Assembly: GCA_902587125.1 (NCBI GenBank)
Contig: CACIJW010000001.1
Coordinates: forward strand, 13,566 to 77,565
DNA length: 64,000 bases
Source: an uncultured Bacteroidota bacterium
GTDB lineage: Bacteria > Bacteroidota > Bacteroidia > Flavobacteriales > BACL11
Direction of reading: 5' to 3'
Notes under the pieces: model-generated
Database searches by the model: none
The model's input: the letters and a program-made list of their open reading frames with translations, nothing else
What the model was told of the DNA's origin: nothing
Translations under genes and position numbers: made by a program
Shown: positions 20,384 to 28,981 of the stretch, one piece after another
Numbering within the stretch: the first letter of the stretch is position 1
Layout of the letters: each line of letters begins with the position of its first letter

Positions 20384-20839
20384 TTATTTTTTTGTTGTTT
20401 TAGTGCTTTTTTTTGCTGCAACTTTTTTTACAGCTTTCTTTTTTGGTACTGCAGCTTTCTTTGCTGAAGTCTTAGATGCTGATGATTTTGTTGCTTTGGT
20501 CTTCACTGTTGGTTTTTTTTGATCAGCTTTTTCAGAAATCTTAATTATTTCAATTTCAGTCAAACTAGCTCTGAAACCGTTTTTTACTTTATACCCTTTT
20601 CTTCTTTTTTTCTTAAAAACTGTAACCTTTTCTCCTTTAAGATGATTAATCACTTTTGCAGTAACACTCGCATTATTTATGTGCGGTTTTCCAAGAGTTG
20701 TTTTTTTTGTGTCATTAATCAGAAGAACCTTGTCAATTTTGATTGATGAACCTTCTTTTTCATCTAATTTATTGACATAAATTTTTTCTCCGTTGCTAAC
20801 TTTAAATTGTTGTCCAGCTATATCTACTACTGCAAACAT
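20384..20839 (-). CDS. rplU: 50S ribosomal protein L21 with a Lys/Ala-rich C-terminal extension
   Basis: MFAVVDIAGQQFKV is the canonical L21 start (ATG at 20839). A -7 box at 20858-20865 covers the longer TTG start in the ORF track. The tail is KKPTVKTKATKSSASKTSAKKAAVPKKKAVKKVAAKKSTKTTKK. Confidence 0.9.
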   Translation of the reverse strand: MFAVVDIAGQQFKVSNGEKIYVNKLDEKEGSSIKIDKVLLINDTKKTTLGKPHINNASVTAKVINHLKGEKVTVFKKKRRKGYKVKNGFRASLTEIEIIKISEKADQKKPTVKTKATKSSASKTSAKKAAVPKKKAVKKVAAKKSTKTTKK

Positions 20840-20857
20840 TTTTTTTATTTTGGAATG

Positions 20858-20865
20858 CAAATTTA
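20858..20865 (-). promoter_or_regulatory. -7 promoter box TAAATTTG for rplU-rpmA
   Basis: The plus strand reads CAAATTTA. There are 18 nt between the box and the rplU ATG (20839). Confidence 0.45.
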
Positions 20866-20930
20866 TAAAATTATAACTTATATCGATTATATTCTTAGAG
20901 AATTGTATTAATATATAAATAAATATGTCA

Positions 20931-20938
20931 TAATTTTG
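20931..20938 (+). promoter_or_regulatory. -7 promoter box TAATTTTG for ctaA
   Basis: Exact consensus match, 4 nt (TAAA) before the GTG at 20943. Confidence 0.4.
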
Positions 20939-20942
20939 TAAA

Positions 20943-21947
20943 GTGAGAGACTCTAAGTTAGAAATGATTTATATAGAAAGATGGCTAAATCTAGGAATTT
21001 TGCTAATACTAATTATGATAACAATTGGTGGGATAACAAGACTTACAAACTCTGGTCTTTCAATGGTTGATTGGAAACTAATTTCTGGCGCAATTCCCCC
21101 GCTTGACAATCAAGATTGGTTAGATACTTTTGATAAGTATAAACAATTTCCAGAGTACAAAAAGATTAACAAAAATATGTCACTAGGTGAATTTAAGTTT
21201 ATTTTTTGGTGGGAATACTTACATCGTGTTTGGGGTAGATTAATAGGATTATGTTTCATTTTACCTTATTGTTTTTTTCTCTTTAAAGGTTATATAAGTA
21301 AGAAACTAAATAAAAAGTTAATAGTTCTGCTACTTTTAGGCGCGTTACAAGCTTTTTTTGGATGGTTCATGGTTAAAAGTGGACTTGTAGATGTTCCTGA
21401 TGTTAGTCACTTTAGACTATCTCTTCACTTAATTACAGCATTCTCAATAATTGGATATATATATTGGATTTTAATGGAGCTTAAAGGGGTTGAAAAAAAC
21501 TTTTCAAAGAAAATAAACAGGGCTTCACTAATATTGCTGATTTTTTTATTGATTCAAATTTGTTATGGCGGATTTGTAGCTGGATTAAAAGCTGGCTACT
21601 TCATGCTTGATCAAAACAATTTTATAAAGACTATTTTTGGCATTGACTCAACAAAAAAAAGCATAGACATATTTAACAACGCGATTGATATTCAGGCATT
21701 TCATAGACTTTTTGCATGGATTGTTTTGATTACCTCTCTTTACATTTATAAAATTTCTAGAAATACATTTGCTCAAAATGTTTCAAAAAGAATTCTAATT
21801 CTGGTTTCTTTTCAAATTCTGCTAGGAATCATAACAATAATTAGTAGAGTAAAAATAGAAATAGCTTTGATACATCAAATTTTGGCAGTACTATTACTTA
21901 CTCAGACGCTGAGGATATTTTTTATTTCCAACAAAAAGTTTCAATGA
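20943..21947 (+). CDS. ctaA: Heme A synthase (COX15/CtaA family)
   Basis: Polytopic protein with conserved His contexts (WEYLHRVWGR and AFHRLFAW) and the RLTNSGLSMVDW block. The start is either the GTG at 20943 or the ATG at 20964. Confidence 0.75.
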   Translation: MRDSKLEMIYIERWLNLGILLILIMITIGGITRLTNSGLSMVDWKLISGAIPPLDNQDWLDTFDKYKQFPEYKKINKNMSLGEFKFIFWWEYLHRVWGRLIGLCFILPYCFFLFKGYISKKLNKKLIVLLLLGALQAFFGWFMVKSGLVDVPDVSHFRLSLHLITAFSIIGYIYWILMELKGVEKNFSKKINRASLILLIFLLIQICYGGFVAGLKAGYFMLDQNNFIKTIFGIDSTKKSIDIFNNAIDIQAFHRLFAWIVLITSLYIYKISRNTFAQNVSKRILILVSFQILLGIITIISRVKIEIALIHQILAVLLLTQTLRIFFISNKKFQ

Positions 21948-22476
21948 TTCTTGTAACATCAACTTTTAAGTATTCCTCAATAATAGCAAGAGAATCACTT
22001 TTTTGAGTATTAAAATATAATGCTCCTCGAAAAAAATGGTTGGAGCTGTCAGTTAAAAAAAATTGGGTTGAGGTAGCAGTACTTCCATCAAAATCAAACT
22101 TAACACCGTATACATTTCTTTCATCATTTTGATAAATAATTTCTGAAATTGAATTGGCTTTGTTTGTATGCTTAAATGCTAGTCTTCTTGAATTTTCAGT
22201 GTGTGTTTTAAGATCGTTTTCAAGAGAAAAGTATGAAATATGTAACCTAGCTTTATATTTTTTGAAGTTGAGATTTAAATGATTATCGATTCGTTCAAGC
22301 TCTGAATATTTTGGAACTTCAAAACTAAATGGATAGTTTTTTGGAAATTTTGGCTTGTAATATTGTTTATCATCAAATTGAATGCTCACAAATGCTTTTG
22401 GTCTAGGCACAGTGCTATCCTCCTTGCAAGAAATTATAATTATCAAAAAACAAATTGGAATTAGTCTAGTTCTCAA
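21922..22476 (-). CDS. gldD: Gliding motility lipoprotein GldD (probable)
   Basis: 184 aa with a lipobox (IIIISC) and a PRPKAF...IQFDDKQY N-terminal pattern similar to GldD as I recall it. It lies next to ssb and mutY. The apparent start codon is TTG. Confidence 0.55.
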   Translation of the reverse strand: MRTRLIPICFLIIIISCKEDSTVPRPKAFVSIQFDDKQYYKPKFPKNYPFSFEVPKYSELERIDNHLNLNFKKYKARLHISYFSLENDLKTHTENSRRLAFKHTNKANSISEIIYQNDERNVYGVKFDFDGSTATSTQFFLTDSSNHFFRGALYFNTQKSDSLAIIEEYLKVDVTRIIETFCWK

Positions 22477-22518
22477 TGCAATTTAATTTTCGGTTAATTA
22501 TTTATCATTTAGAAGATT

Positions 22519-22526
22519 CAAAATTA
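22519..22526 (-). promoter_or_regulatory. -7 promoter box TAATTTTG for gldD
   Basis: The plus strand reads CAAAATTA in the ssb-gldD spacer. There are 42 nt between the box and the gldD start. Confidence 0.35.
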
Positions 22527-22615
22527 AGATTCTTGAACTTATAGATCTAATTTCTAATTTGTATTCTTATTCTTTAATAATTATTGTTACTATAGACTAA
22601 GTGAATAACTGAACA

Positions 22616-23023
22616 TTAGAATGGCAAGTCATCAAGACCATTGGGGTTCTCTTGATTTTGAGACTCATTCTCATTTGATTTTTCAGTTGATGGCCTTGAA
22701 CCTAACATTGTCATGTTATCAGCTAAAATTTCATTCTTGTATCTAGTGATTCCTTCTTTATCTTCCCACTTTCTATTTCTTATTTTACCTTCTATGTAAA
22801 CAGAGCTACCTTTTTTTAGATATTTTTCAGCTATTTCTGCTAAGCCTCTCCACAAAACAATATCATGCCAGACAGTTTGACTTACTTTCTCCCCTTCTTT
22901 ATTTTTATAATTTTCAGTTGTTGCCAATGTGATATTTGCTACTGCAACACCGGACTCTAAGTACTTAACTTCAGGATCTTTACCTAAATTACCAATTAAT
23001 ATTACTTTATTAACACCAGACAT
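22616..23023 (-). CDS. ssb: Single-stranded DNA-binding protein
   Basis: OB-fold N-terminus [19 protein letters not shown] and the acidic C-terminal tip DDLPF. Confidence 0.92.
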   Translation of the reverse strand: MSGVNKVILIGNLGKDPEVKYLESGVAVANITLATTENYKNKEGEKVSQTVWHDIVLWRGLAEIAEKYLKKGSSVYIEGKIRNRKWEDKEGITRYKNEILADNMTMLGSRPSTEKSNENESQNQENPNGLDDLPF

Positions 23024-23027
23024 TAAA

Positions 23028-23035
23028 CAAATGTA
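23028..23035 (-). promoter_or_regulatory. -7 promoter box TACATTTG for ssb
   Basis: The plus strand reads CAAATGTA. It lies 4 nt (TTTA on the sense strand) before the ssb ATG at 23023 and 3 nt after the mutY stop. Confidence 0.45.
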
Positions 23036-23038
23036 TTA

Positions 23039-24100
23039 TTATTTTTTTTCTTCATCGTAAAAGTTTTTTAAAAATTTTTCAACTACTATTGGTATAGGAA
23101 AATGATCAAAGTTTTTAAACTTGACTTTAACAAATTCATTTTGATTGTCTAAATCTAAATCAGAGTAACAGAATTTGATTGATAAATTTTGATGAGTTAA
23201 TTTATGATGAATCACATCTGAAATTTTAAGAATTTTAACATTTTTATTAAATATATTTAACTCTTCATTTTTCTTAATATTGTTTAACTCTTTTTTACTC
23301 TTAGGTTCATATATAGGAGGAGTATATAATCCTTTCCAAATACCATTTTTTTTCTTTTTCAAAAAAATATTATTTTTTGTTCCTAAAATAAAAATCAGAA
23401 ATCTATCAGTGGTTTTTACACTATTTTTTTTTAAGGGAAGTTCAAATACTTTATTTTTTTTGTATGCTTCACACTGATGATTGAAAATACAAGTTGTACA
23501 AGTCGGATTTTTTGGCTTACAAACCATAGCTCCATACTCGATAATTGCTTGATTAAACAAGTCAGGGGTTTTTTCGCATATTAGATCTTCAGCAACATTA
23601 TAAAAATAATTTTGTCCTCTTGTAGTATCAATAAACTTTTCAATAAAAAAAAGTCTAGAGAAAAATCTAAATACATTCCCATCGACAACTGGAAATTTTT
23701 TTTTGAATGCAAAAGATAAAATTGCACCTGCAGTATATTTTCCTATGCCTTTAAGGGTAATTATTTCATCATATTTATTTGGAAAATTAGATGAGTATTT
23801 TTCTTTAAGTATTTTTGAGGTATGATGAATATTTCTAGCTCTAGAATAATACCCAAGCCCTTGCCATGAGTTTAAAACATCATCCTCTTTCGCATCTGAG
23901 AGTGATTCAATATTTGGAAATTTTTCAATGAACTTATTGTAATAATCAATTGCAAACTTGACTCTGGTTTGTTGTAAAATAATTTCTGAAATCCAAATCT
24001 TATATGGATCATCAGTATTTCTCCATGGTAAATCTCTCTTGTTTGACTTATACCAACTTATTAATTTATGACTAAAACTCTGTATCATACTGATTATCAA
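23039..24100 (-). CDS. mutY: A/G-specific adenine glycosylase
   Basis: HhH-GPD fold and a 4Fe-4S cluster loop (CKPKNPTCTTCIFNHQC). A NUDIX-like C-terminal domain is present. The ATG at 24088 (MIQSFSHKLISWY) is a likely alternative start. Confidence 0.9.
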   Translation of the reverse strand: MIISMIQSFSHKLISWYKSNKRDLPWRNTDDPYKIWISEIILQQTRVKFAIDYYNKFIEKFPNIESLSDAKEDDVLNSWQGLGYYSRARNIHHTSKILKEKYSSNFPNKYDEIITLKGIGKYTAGAILSFAFKKKFPVVDGNVFRFFSRLFFIEKFIDTTRGQNYFYNVAEDLICEKTPDLFNQAIIEYGAMVCKPKNPTCTTCIFNHQCEAYKKNKVFELPLKKNSVKTTDRFLIFILGTKNNIFLKKKKNGIWKGLYTPPIYEPKSKKELNNIKKNEELNIFNKNVKILKISDVIHHKLTHQNLSIKFCYSDLDLDNQNEFVKVKFKNFDHFPIPIVVEKFLKNFYDEEKK

Positions 24101-24118
24101 AATATAAACTGAATTTAG

Positions 24119-24126
24119 TATATTTG
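24119..24126 (+). promoter_or_regulatory. -7 promoter box TATATTTG for the HU gene
   Basis: Exact consensus match. There are 19 nt between the box and the ATG at 24146. Confidence 0.4.
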
Positions 24127-24145
24127 CGCTAAAAATATACTTAAT

Positions 24146-24424
24146 ATGACGAAAGCAGAAATTATAGTCAATATTTCTGAAAAGACTGGAGTTGAAAAAA
24201 TTGTTGTTGCTTCAATAGTGGAAGGATTTATGAGTGAAGTAAAAAGCAATGTTATAGATAATAAATCTATTTTCTTAAGAGGTTTTGGCACATTTAAGCC
24301 AAAAAAAAGAGCAAGAAAAATTGGTAGAAACATTAAAAAAAATGTTGCAGTTATAATACCTGAACATTTTATCCCTTCTTTTAAACCAGCTAAATCTTTT
24401 GTCGACAAAGTTAAAAATAGGTAA
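24146..24424 (+). CDS. HU/IHF-family DNA-binding protein
   Basis: 92 aa. MTKAEIIVNISEKTG...FLRGFGTFKPKKRARKIGRNIKKNVAVIIPEHFIPSFKPAK is the typical HU beta-arm region. Confidence 0.85.
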   Translation: MTKAEIIVNISEKTGVEKIVVASIVEGFMSEVKSNVIDNKSIFLRGFGTFKPKKRARKIGRNIKKNVAVIIPEHFIPSFKPAKSFVDKVKNR

Positions 24425-24450
24425 ATCATTATTTACAAATAATATACTAG

Positions 24451-24540
24451 ATGCCAGGAGATAAGAAAAAAAAGAGGACAAAAATTGCCACACACAAGCG
24501 CAAAAAACGTTCAAGAAAAAACAGACATAAGAATAAATAG
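24451..24540 (+). CDS. Untracked 29-codon, extremely basic ORF; candidate bS22/mS38-like small ribosomal protein
   Basis: The ATG at 24451 through the TAG at 24538-24540 encodes MPGDKKKKRTKIATHKRKKRSRKNRHKNK. It lies 26 nt after the HU stop and 17 nt before rng. The K-I-A-T-H-K-R-K-K-R core resembles the KMxKHKxxKR motif of bS22/AURKAIP1-type proteins as I recall it. It could also be an artefact of an A-rich leader. Confidence 0.4.
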   Translation: MPGDKKKKRTKIATHKRKKRSRKNRHKNK

Positions 24541-24557
24541 ATTAAGAGCTAAAAGGC

Positions 24558-26108
24558 ATGAAATTCGAACTGATAATCGATTCAAAGCCAAACGAAGTAG
24601 TTATAGCGCTCTTAAAAAATGATCTTCTTATTGAGCTTCATAAAGAGAAAAGAGATAACAACTATTCAGTTGGTGATATTTTACTTGGAAGAATAAAAAA
24701 AATTATTCCAGGTCTCAATGCTGCATTTGTAGACGTAGGCCATGAAAAGGATGGTTTTTTACATTACTTAGACCTAGGGCCACAAATCAACTCTTACACA
24801 AAGTATACACAAAAATGTTTCGATAAAAAACTAAATACCTCTTCATTAAAAAATTTCAAAAAAGAAAAAGATATAGATAAAGAGGGTGAAATTTCTGATA
24901 TTATTAAACAAAACCAAAAAGTTTTAGTCCAAATAACCAAAGAACCTATTTCTACAAAAGGCCCAAGATTAACTACAGAAATTTCACTTGCCGGTAGATT
25001 TATGGTCTTAATTCCTTTTTCAAACAGAGTGTCTGTATCTCAAAAAATTAGCAGTAGTTCAGAAAAGAAAAGACTAAAAAAACTAATCACAAGCATAAGA
25101 CCTGAAGGGTTTGGAGTGATTATTAGAACAGTTGCTGAAAATAAAAAAGTAGCTGAACTTGATAAAGATTTAAAAAACTTATACAAGAAGTGGCAACTTG
25201 TTACCAAAAAATTAAAAGTTGCCCAATCAAGAGAAACAATACTTTCTGAGATAAACAGATCAGCTGTAATAGTTAGAGATTTATTGAACTCAAAATTCAA
25301 TAATATTTACGTTAATGATAAAGATTTACATCTTGAGTTAAAAGAATATCTATCTTCAATTTCACCAGACCAGGAGAAAATTGTTAAATTATACAAAGGG
25401 AAAAGTCCTATTTTTCAAAAATTTAATATTACCAAACAAATAAAATCCTCGTTTGGAAAAAATGTAACCATTAAAAATGGAACATATTTGGTAATTGAGC
25501 ATACTGAAGCTATGCATGTTATTGATGTAAATAGTGGCAAAAAAGTAGACTCAAAAAAGAATCAAGAAGCTAATGCATTAAGTGTTAATTTAGAAGCTGC
25601 AGAGGAGATAGCTAGACAACTTAGGCTAAGAGATATGGGGGGAATAATAATTGTTGATTTCATTGATTTACAATCTGAAAAAAATAAAAGAACATTATTT
25701 CAAAAAATGAAAGAGTTTATGGAGGATGACAAAGCAAAACATCATATTTTACCTCCAACAAAGTTTGGCTTAATACAGATTACAAGACAAAGAGTCAGGC
25801 CGGTGATGCACATTGATACCCAGGAAAATTGTCCAGTTTGCAACGGAAATCCCTTGTGTAATAAAAAAGGTAAAATTGAGTCTAGCCTACAACTCATTGA
25901 CAAGATTGAAAACAAAGTTTTAGAACTAACAAAAGAAATTAAAGGAGAAATTAAAATAGCAACTCACCCTTTCATTTGTAGCCACATAAATAAAGGCTGG
26001 TTCTTTAATTCGATAAGAAGTAAATGGCAGAGAAAATACAGCAGAAAAATAATTGTAAGCTCAGATGATCGCTTGCATCTACTTCAATACTCAGTCCTAA
26101 AAAACTAA
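24558..26108 (+). CDS. rng: Ribonuclease E/G family endoribonuclease
   Basis: S1 domain (VGDILLGRIKKIIPGLNAAFVDVG) and a catalytic-core block (HVIDVNSGK). 516 aa. Confidence 0.85.
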   Translation: MKFELIIDSKPNEVVIALLKNDLLIELHKEKRDNNYSVGDILLGRIKKIIPGLNAAFVDVGHEKDGFLHYLDLGPQINSYTKYTQKCFDKKLNTSSLKNFKKEKDIDKEGEISDIIKQNQKVLVQITKEPISTKGPRLTTEISLAGRFMVLIPFSNRVSVSQKISSSSEKKRLKKLITSIRPEGFGVIIRTVAENKKVAELDKDLKNLYKKWQLVTKKLKVAQSRETILSEINRSAVIVRDLLNSKFNNIYVNDKDLHLELKEYLSSISPDQEKIVKLYKGKSPIFQKFNITKQIKSSFGKNVTIKNGTYLVIEHTEAMHVIDVNSGKKVDSKKNQEANALSVNLEAAEEIARQLRLRDMGGIIIVDFIDLQSEKNKRTLFQKMKEFMEDDKAKHHILPPTKFGLIQITRQRVRPVMHIDTQENCPVCNGNPLCNKKGKIESSLQLIDKIENKVLELTKEIKGEIKIATHPFICSHINKGWFFNSIRSKWQRKYSRKIIVSSDDRLHLLQYSVLKN

Positions 26109-27376
26109 TTTTCACTTTCAATAATCCTCCTGTAATTTAATGCTAAGGGTATAGCGGAAGACATTAACAAAACTACACCAATCAAGTATGAATACTTAAT
26201 ATTATCATCTGATTGGAAAAATGAGATTGAAAAAATTCCTATTAAAATAAGTCTTACTATAATATTAATTGAACTGAATACAGAAGTTGCGCGTCCAATT
26301 ATGTTGTTAGGAATTGCATTAAATAAAAAAGTTGTTCTTAACACTCTCACACCTGCATTTGTTATGCCAAGCAGAAGACAAGTAATAAAAAATAAATAAA
26401 CTGAATTTATAAATGAAATGAGATAAAAGAAAATTGATATTGTTGTGAAAAATATTATGACTCCCAGTAGCTTGTAATTGTTTTTAAAAACTCTTATTAC
26501 AAAAATTCCTGAAAAAATTGCTCCGATTGAGTAATAAAATTCTGATGAAGCATATACATCGGCTCCCATTTGCAAAAAGTTTTTTACATAAATTGGTAAT
26601 ATGATATGAATTTGTACAAGTGTAAATGCAAATAGCATGTAACTAAATAAGCCAAAATAAAAGATATAAGTTCTTTTCTTTAAAAAATTTAATCCTGAAA
26701 TAAAACGATTGTATAAAGAACCAGTTTCAATATTTAATTTTTCTATTTTAACATACTTTATTAACATTATAATTAATAATGAAATGAAGTATGTTATTGC
26801 ATCCATCAAAAATATTTCATGAATATCCCAAGCTTCAAAATTCAATGGAAAATTAAAATTAAAACCACCAAAGGAAATCATATCATTAGATGAGCCTGTT
26901 AGTAGTATGGCGGCAATAGCACCAGCAAACATACTCGTCGATTGTCCTTGTATCTCAATGTAAGAATTAAGCTTTCCGTAATTTTTTTTCTCAGTTATTT
27001 CTTGTCCAAAAGCATATAAATTAGGGTAATGCACATTATAATTAAAAATTGTTATCAGAAATACTAATATGACTAAATACTCACTGGTAGATTGATTATA
27101 AAATCCATAAGCAGAGACTGATGCAATTATAGTTCCGCAAATAAAATTTGTAATTAAGAATATTTTTTTTCTGGAATATCTATCAATTATAGTACCTGCA
27201 TACATTCCCCAAAAAAAAGTCAAGAATGTAATTATGAAGTAACAATATGTAAAAAACTTTGGCTTTTCAATTATTTCAATAAAATACCAAGGAATTGCAA
27301 TCATACTAATTCCTTGAGCTAGTCCAGATATTATATTAGCAAGAAACAAAAGATAAACAGCATTCTTATTTTTCAC
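26105..27376 (-). CDS. MFS transporter
   Basis: About 12 TM segments and a loop 2-3 motif GTIIDRYSRKK. GTG start. Confidence 0.7.
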   Translation of the reverse strand: MKNKNAVYLLFLANIISGLAQGISMIAIPWYFIEIIEKPKFFTYCYFIITFLTFFWGMYAGTIIDRYSRKKIFLITNFICGTIIASVSAYGFYNQSTSEYLVILVFLITIFNYNVHYPNLYAFGQEITEKKNYGKLNSYIEIQGQSTSMFAGAIAAILLTGSSNDMISFGGFNFNFPLNFEAWDIHEIFLMDAITYFISLLIIMLIKYVKIEKLNIETGSLYNRFISGLNFLKKRTYIFYFGLFSYMLFAFTLVQIHIILPIYVKNFLQMGADVYASSEFYYSIGAIFSGIFVIRVFKNNYKLLGVIIFFTTISIFFYLISFINSVYLFFITCLLLGITNAGVRVLRTTFLFNAIPNNIIGRATSVFSSINIIVRLILIGIFSISFFQSDDNIKYSYLIGVVLLMSSAIPLALNYRRIIESEN

Positions 27377-27381
27377 GGATG

Positions 27382-27389
27382 CAAAACTA
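27382..27389 (-). promoter_or_regulatory. -7 promoter box TAGTTTTG for the MFS transporter
   Basis: The plus strand reads CAAAACTA, 5 nt from the GTG start at 27376. Confidence 0.35.
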
Positions 27390-27406
27390 AGATTAAATAT
27401 TATAAT

Positions 27407-27414
27407 TACTTTTG
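27407..27414 (+). promoter_or_regulatory. -7 promoter box TACTTTTG for recX-prfB
   Basis: Exact consensus match. There are 19 nt between the box and the TTG start at 27434. Confidence 0.4.
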
Positions 27415-27433
27415 AATCATTAATATTAATTTT

Positions 27434-27886
27434 TTGGTAGACAATAGCATTTTAAAAAAAATTGAGATTTTTTGCAACTTTAGAGAAAGGTGCGAGAGTG
27501 AAGTCGTTCGTAGATTAAAAAAAGAAAATATCAGCGCGAACGATGCAAAAGAATATTTAAAAAAATTAAAAAATGACAAATTTTATTGTGACATTAGATA
27601 TACAAGTGCTTTCGTCAGATCAAAGTTTAATCTAAGTAAGTGGGGTAAAACTAAAATTAGATTGAAGCTCCTTCAAAACAAGATTAAAGATTCAATCATT
27701 AAAGAAGAAATTGATAAAATTGAATATGAAATATATGCTGAAACAATTAAAGAATTAGTAGAAAAAAAATTAAGAAGAATCAAAAACAGAAGTGACTTTG
27801 AGAAGAAACAATTAGTTAGTAGATATTTATACAGCAAAGGATATGAGCCCGAAAAATTTATTTCAATAATTAATAAAAAATTTTAA
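27434..27886 (+). CDS. recX: Regulatory protein RecX (probable)
   Basis: 150-aa helical-repeat protein. The N-terminal CNFRERCESEV block and the YLYSKGY block are typical of the RecX family. Confidence 0.65.
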   Translation: MVDNSILKKIEIFCNFRERCESEVVRRLKKENISANDAKEYLKKLKNDKFYCDIRYTSAFVRSKFNLSKWGKTKIRLKLLQNKIKDSIIKEEIDKIEYEIYAETIKELVEKKLRRIKNRSDFEKKQLVSRYLYSKGYEPEKFISIINKKF

Positions 27887-27892
27887 CTGGTA

Positions 27893-28981
27893 ATGAACTC
27901 TAACACTATATCTGAATTTAAAAATAGACTAGAAAATCTAAAAGAAATTTTTGAAATTGATAATAAAATTGAAAAAATCAAAAACCTAGACTTAGTATCA
28001 AGTGATAAAAACTTTTGGAATGATCAAGAAAAAGCTCAAAAAATCTTGAAGAAGCAAGGAGAGCTTAAAAGTTTAGTAAACAGTTTCCAGAAGTTAAATA
28101 ATGAGTTCGATGATTTAGTAGTAATGTATGATTTTTTTGAGTGCAAGGAAATTTCAGAAAATGAAATGATTAATCATCTATCAAAATTTGAAAAAAAAAT
28201 TAAAGATTTTGAATTTAAAAAAATGCTGAATAAAAAGGAGGATAAAATGAATGCAATTCTTAATATTAATCCTGGAGCAGGAGGAACTGAAAGTCAAGAC
28301 TGGGCAGAAATGATTATGAGAATGTATCTAATGTGGGGAGAGAAAAATAGCTATAACACTAAAATTATTGACTTAAAGAAAGGTGATGTTGCCGGCATTA
28401 AATCTGCTACTATTGAATTTGAGGGAAATCACTCATTTGGTTTTTTAAAAGGAGAAAACGGAGTTCACAGATTAGTTAGGATATCACCTTTTGATTCTAA
28501 CTCAAAAAGACATACATCATTTGCATCCGTATTTGTATACCCACTAGTAGATAATTCAATAGAAATTAAAATAGACCCAAGCGAAATTAGTTGGGATACA
28601 TTTAGATCTGGAGGTGCCGGTGGTCAAGGTGTGAACAAAGTTGAAACAGCAGTGAGATTAAAACATGAACCAACTGGAATTATAATTGAAAATTCCGAAA
28701 CTAGGTCTCAGCTAGAAAATAAAGAAAAGGCTATGCAACTTCTTAGATCTCAGCTATATGAACTAGAAATGAGAAAGCTTGAAGAAGAAAAACAAAAAGC
28801 TGAGAATAATAAAAAGAAAATTGAATGGGGATCGCAAATCAGAAACTATGTCCTGCACCCTTATAAATTGGTAAAGGATTTGAGAACTGACGTAGAATCA
28901 ACTAACCCAAATGCTGTACTAGATGGTGATATTAATAGCTTTCTGAAGTCTTATTTGTTGGCTGATGAAAAAGATGTTTAG
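27893..28981 (+). CDS. prfB: Peptide chain release factor 2, encoded as one uninterrupted frame
   Basis: SPF tripeptide (RISPFDS) and GGQ ([16 protein letters not shown]). The 362 aa are read without the usual +1 frameshift. Confidence 0.92.
   Translation: MNSNTISEFKNRLENLKEIFEIDNKIEKIKNLDLVSSDKNFWNDQEKAQKILKKQGELKSLVNSFQKLNNEFDDLVVMYDFFECKEISENEMINHLSKFEKKIKDFEFKKMLNKKEDKMNAILNINPGAGGTESQDWAEMIMRMYLMWGEKNSYNTKIIDLKKGDVAGIKSATIEFEGNHSFGFLKGENGVHRLVRISPFDSNSKRHTSFASVFVYPLVDNSIEIKIDPSEISWDTFRSGGAGGQGVNKVETAVRLKHEPTGIIIENSETRSQLENKEKAMQLLRSQLYELEMRKLEEEKQKAENNKKKIEWGSQIRNYVLHPYKLVKDLRTDVESTNPNAVLDGDINSFLKSYLLADEKDV

Noticed and set aside
24451-24540. Reading the small basic ORF as ribosomal protein THX
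   Set aside because: Only the first few residues (GD-K/R-rich) resemble THX, and the THX C-terminal G-x-Y/F-G-K-x-R-P-R part is missing. A bS22/mS38-like motif fits better, so it is reported under that hypothesis.
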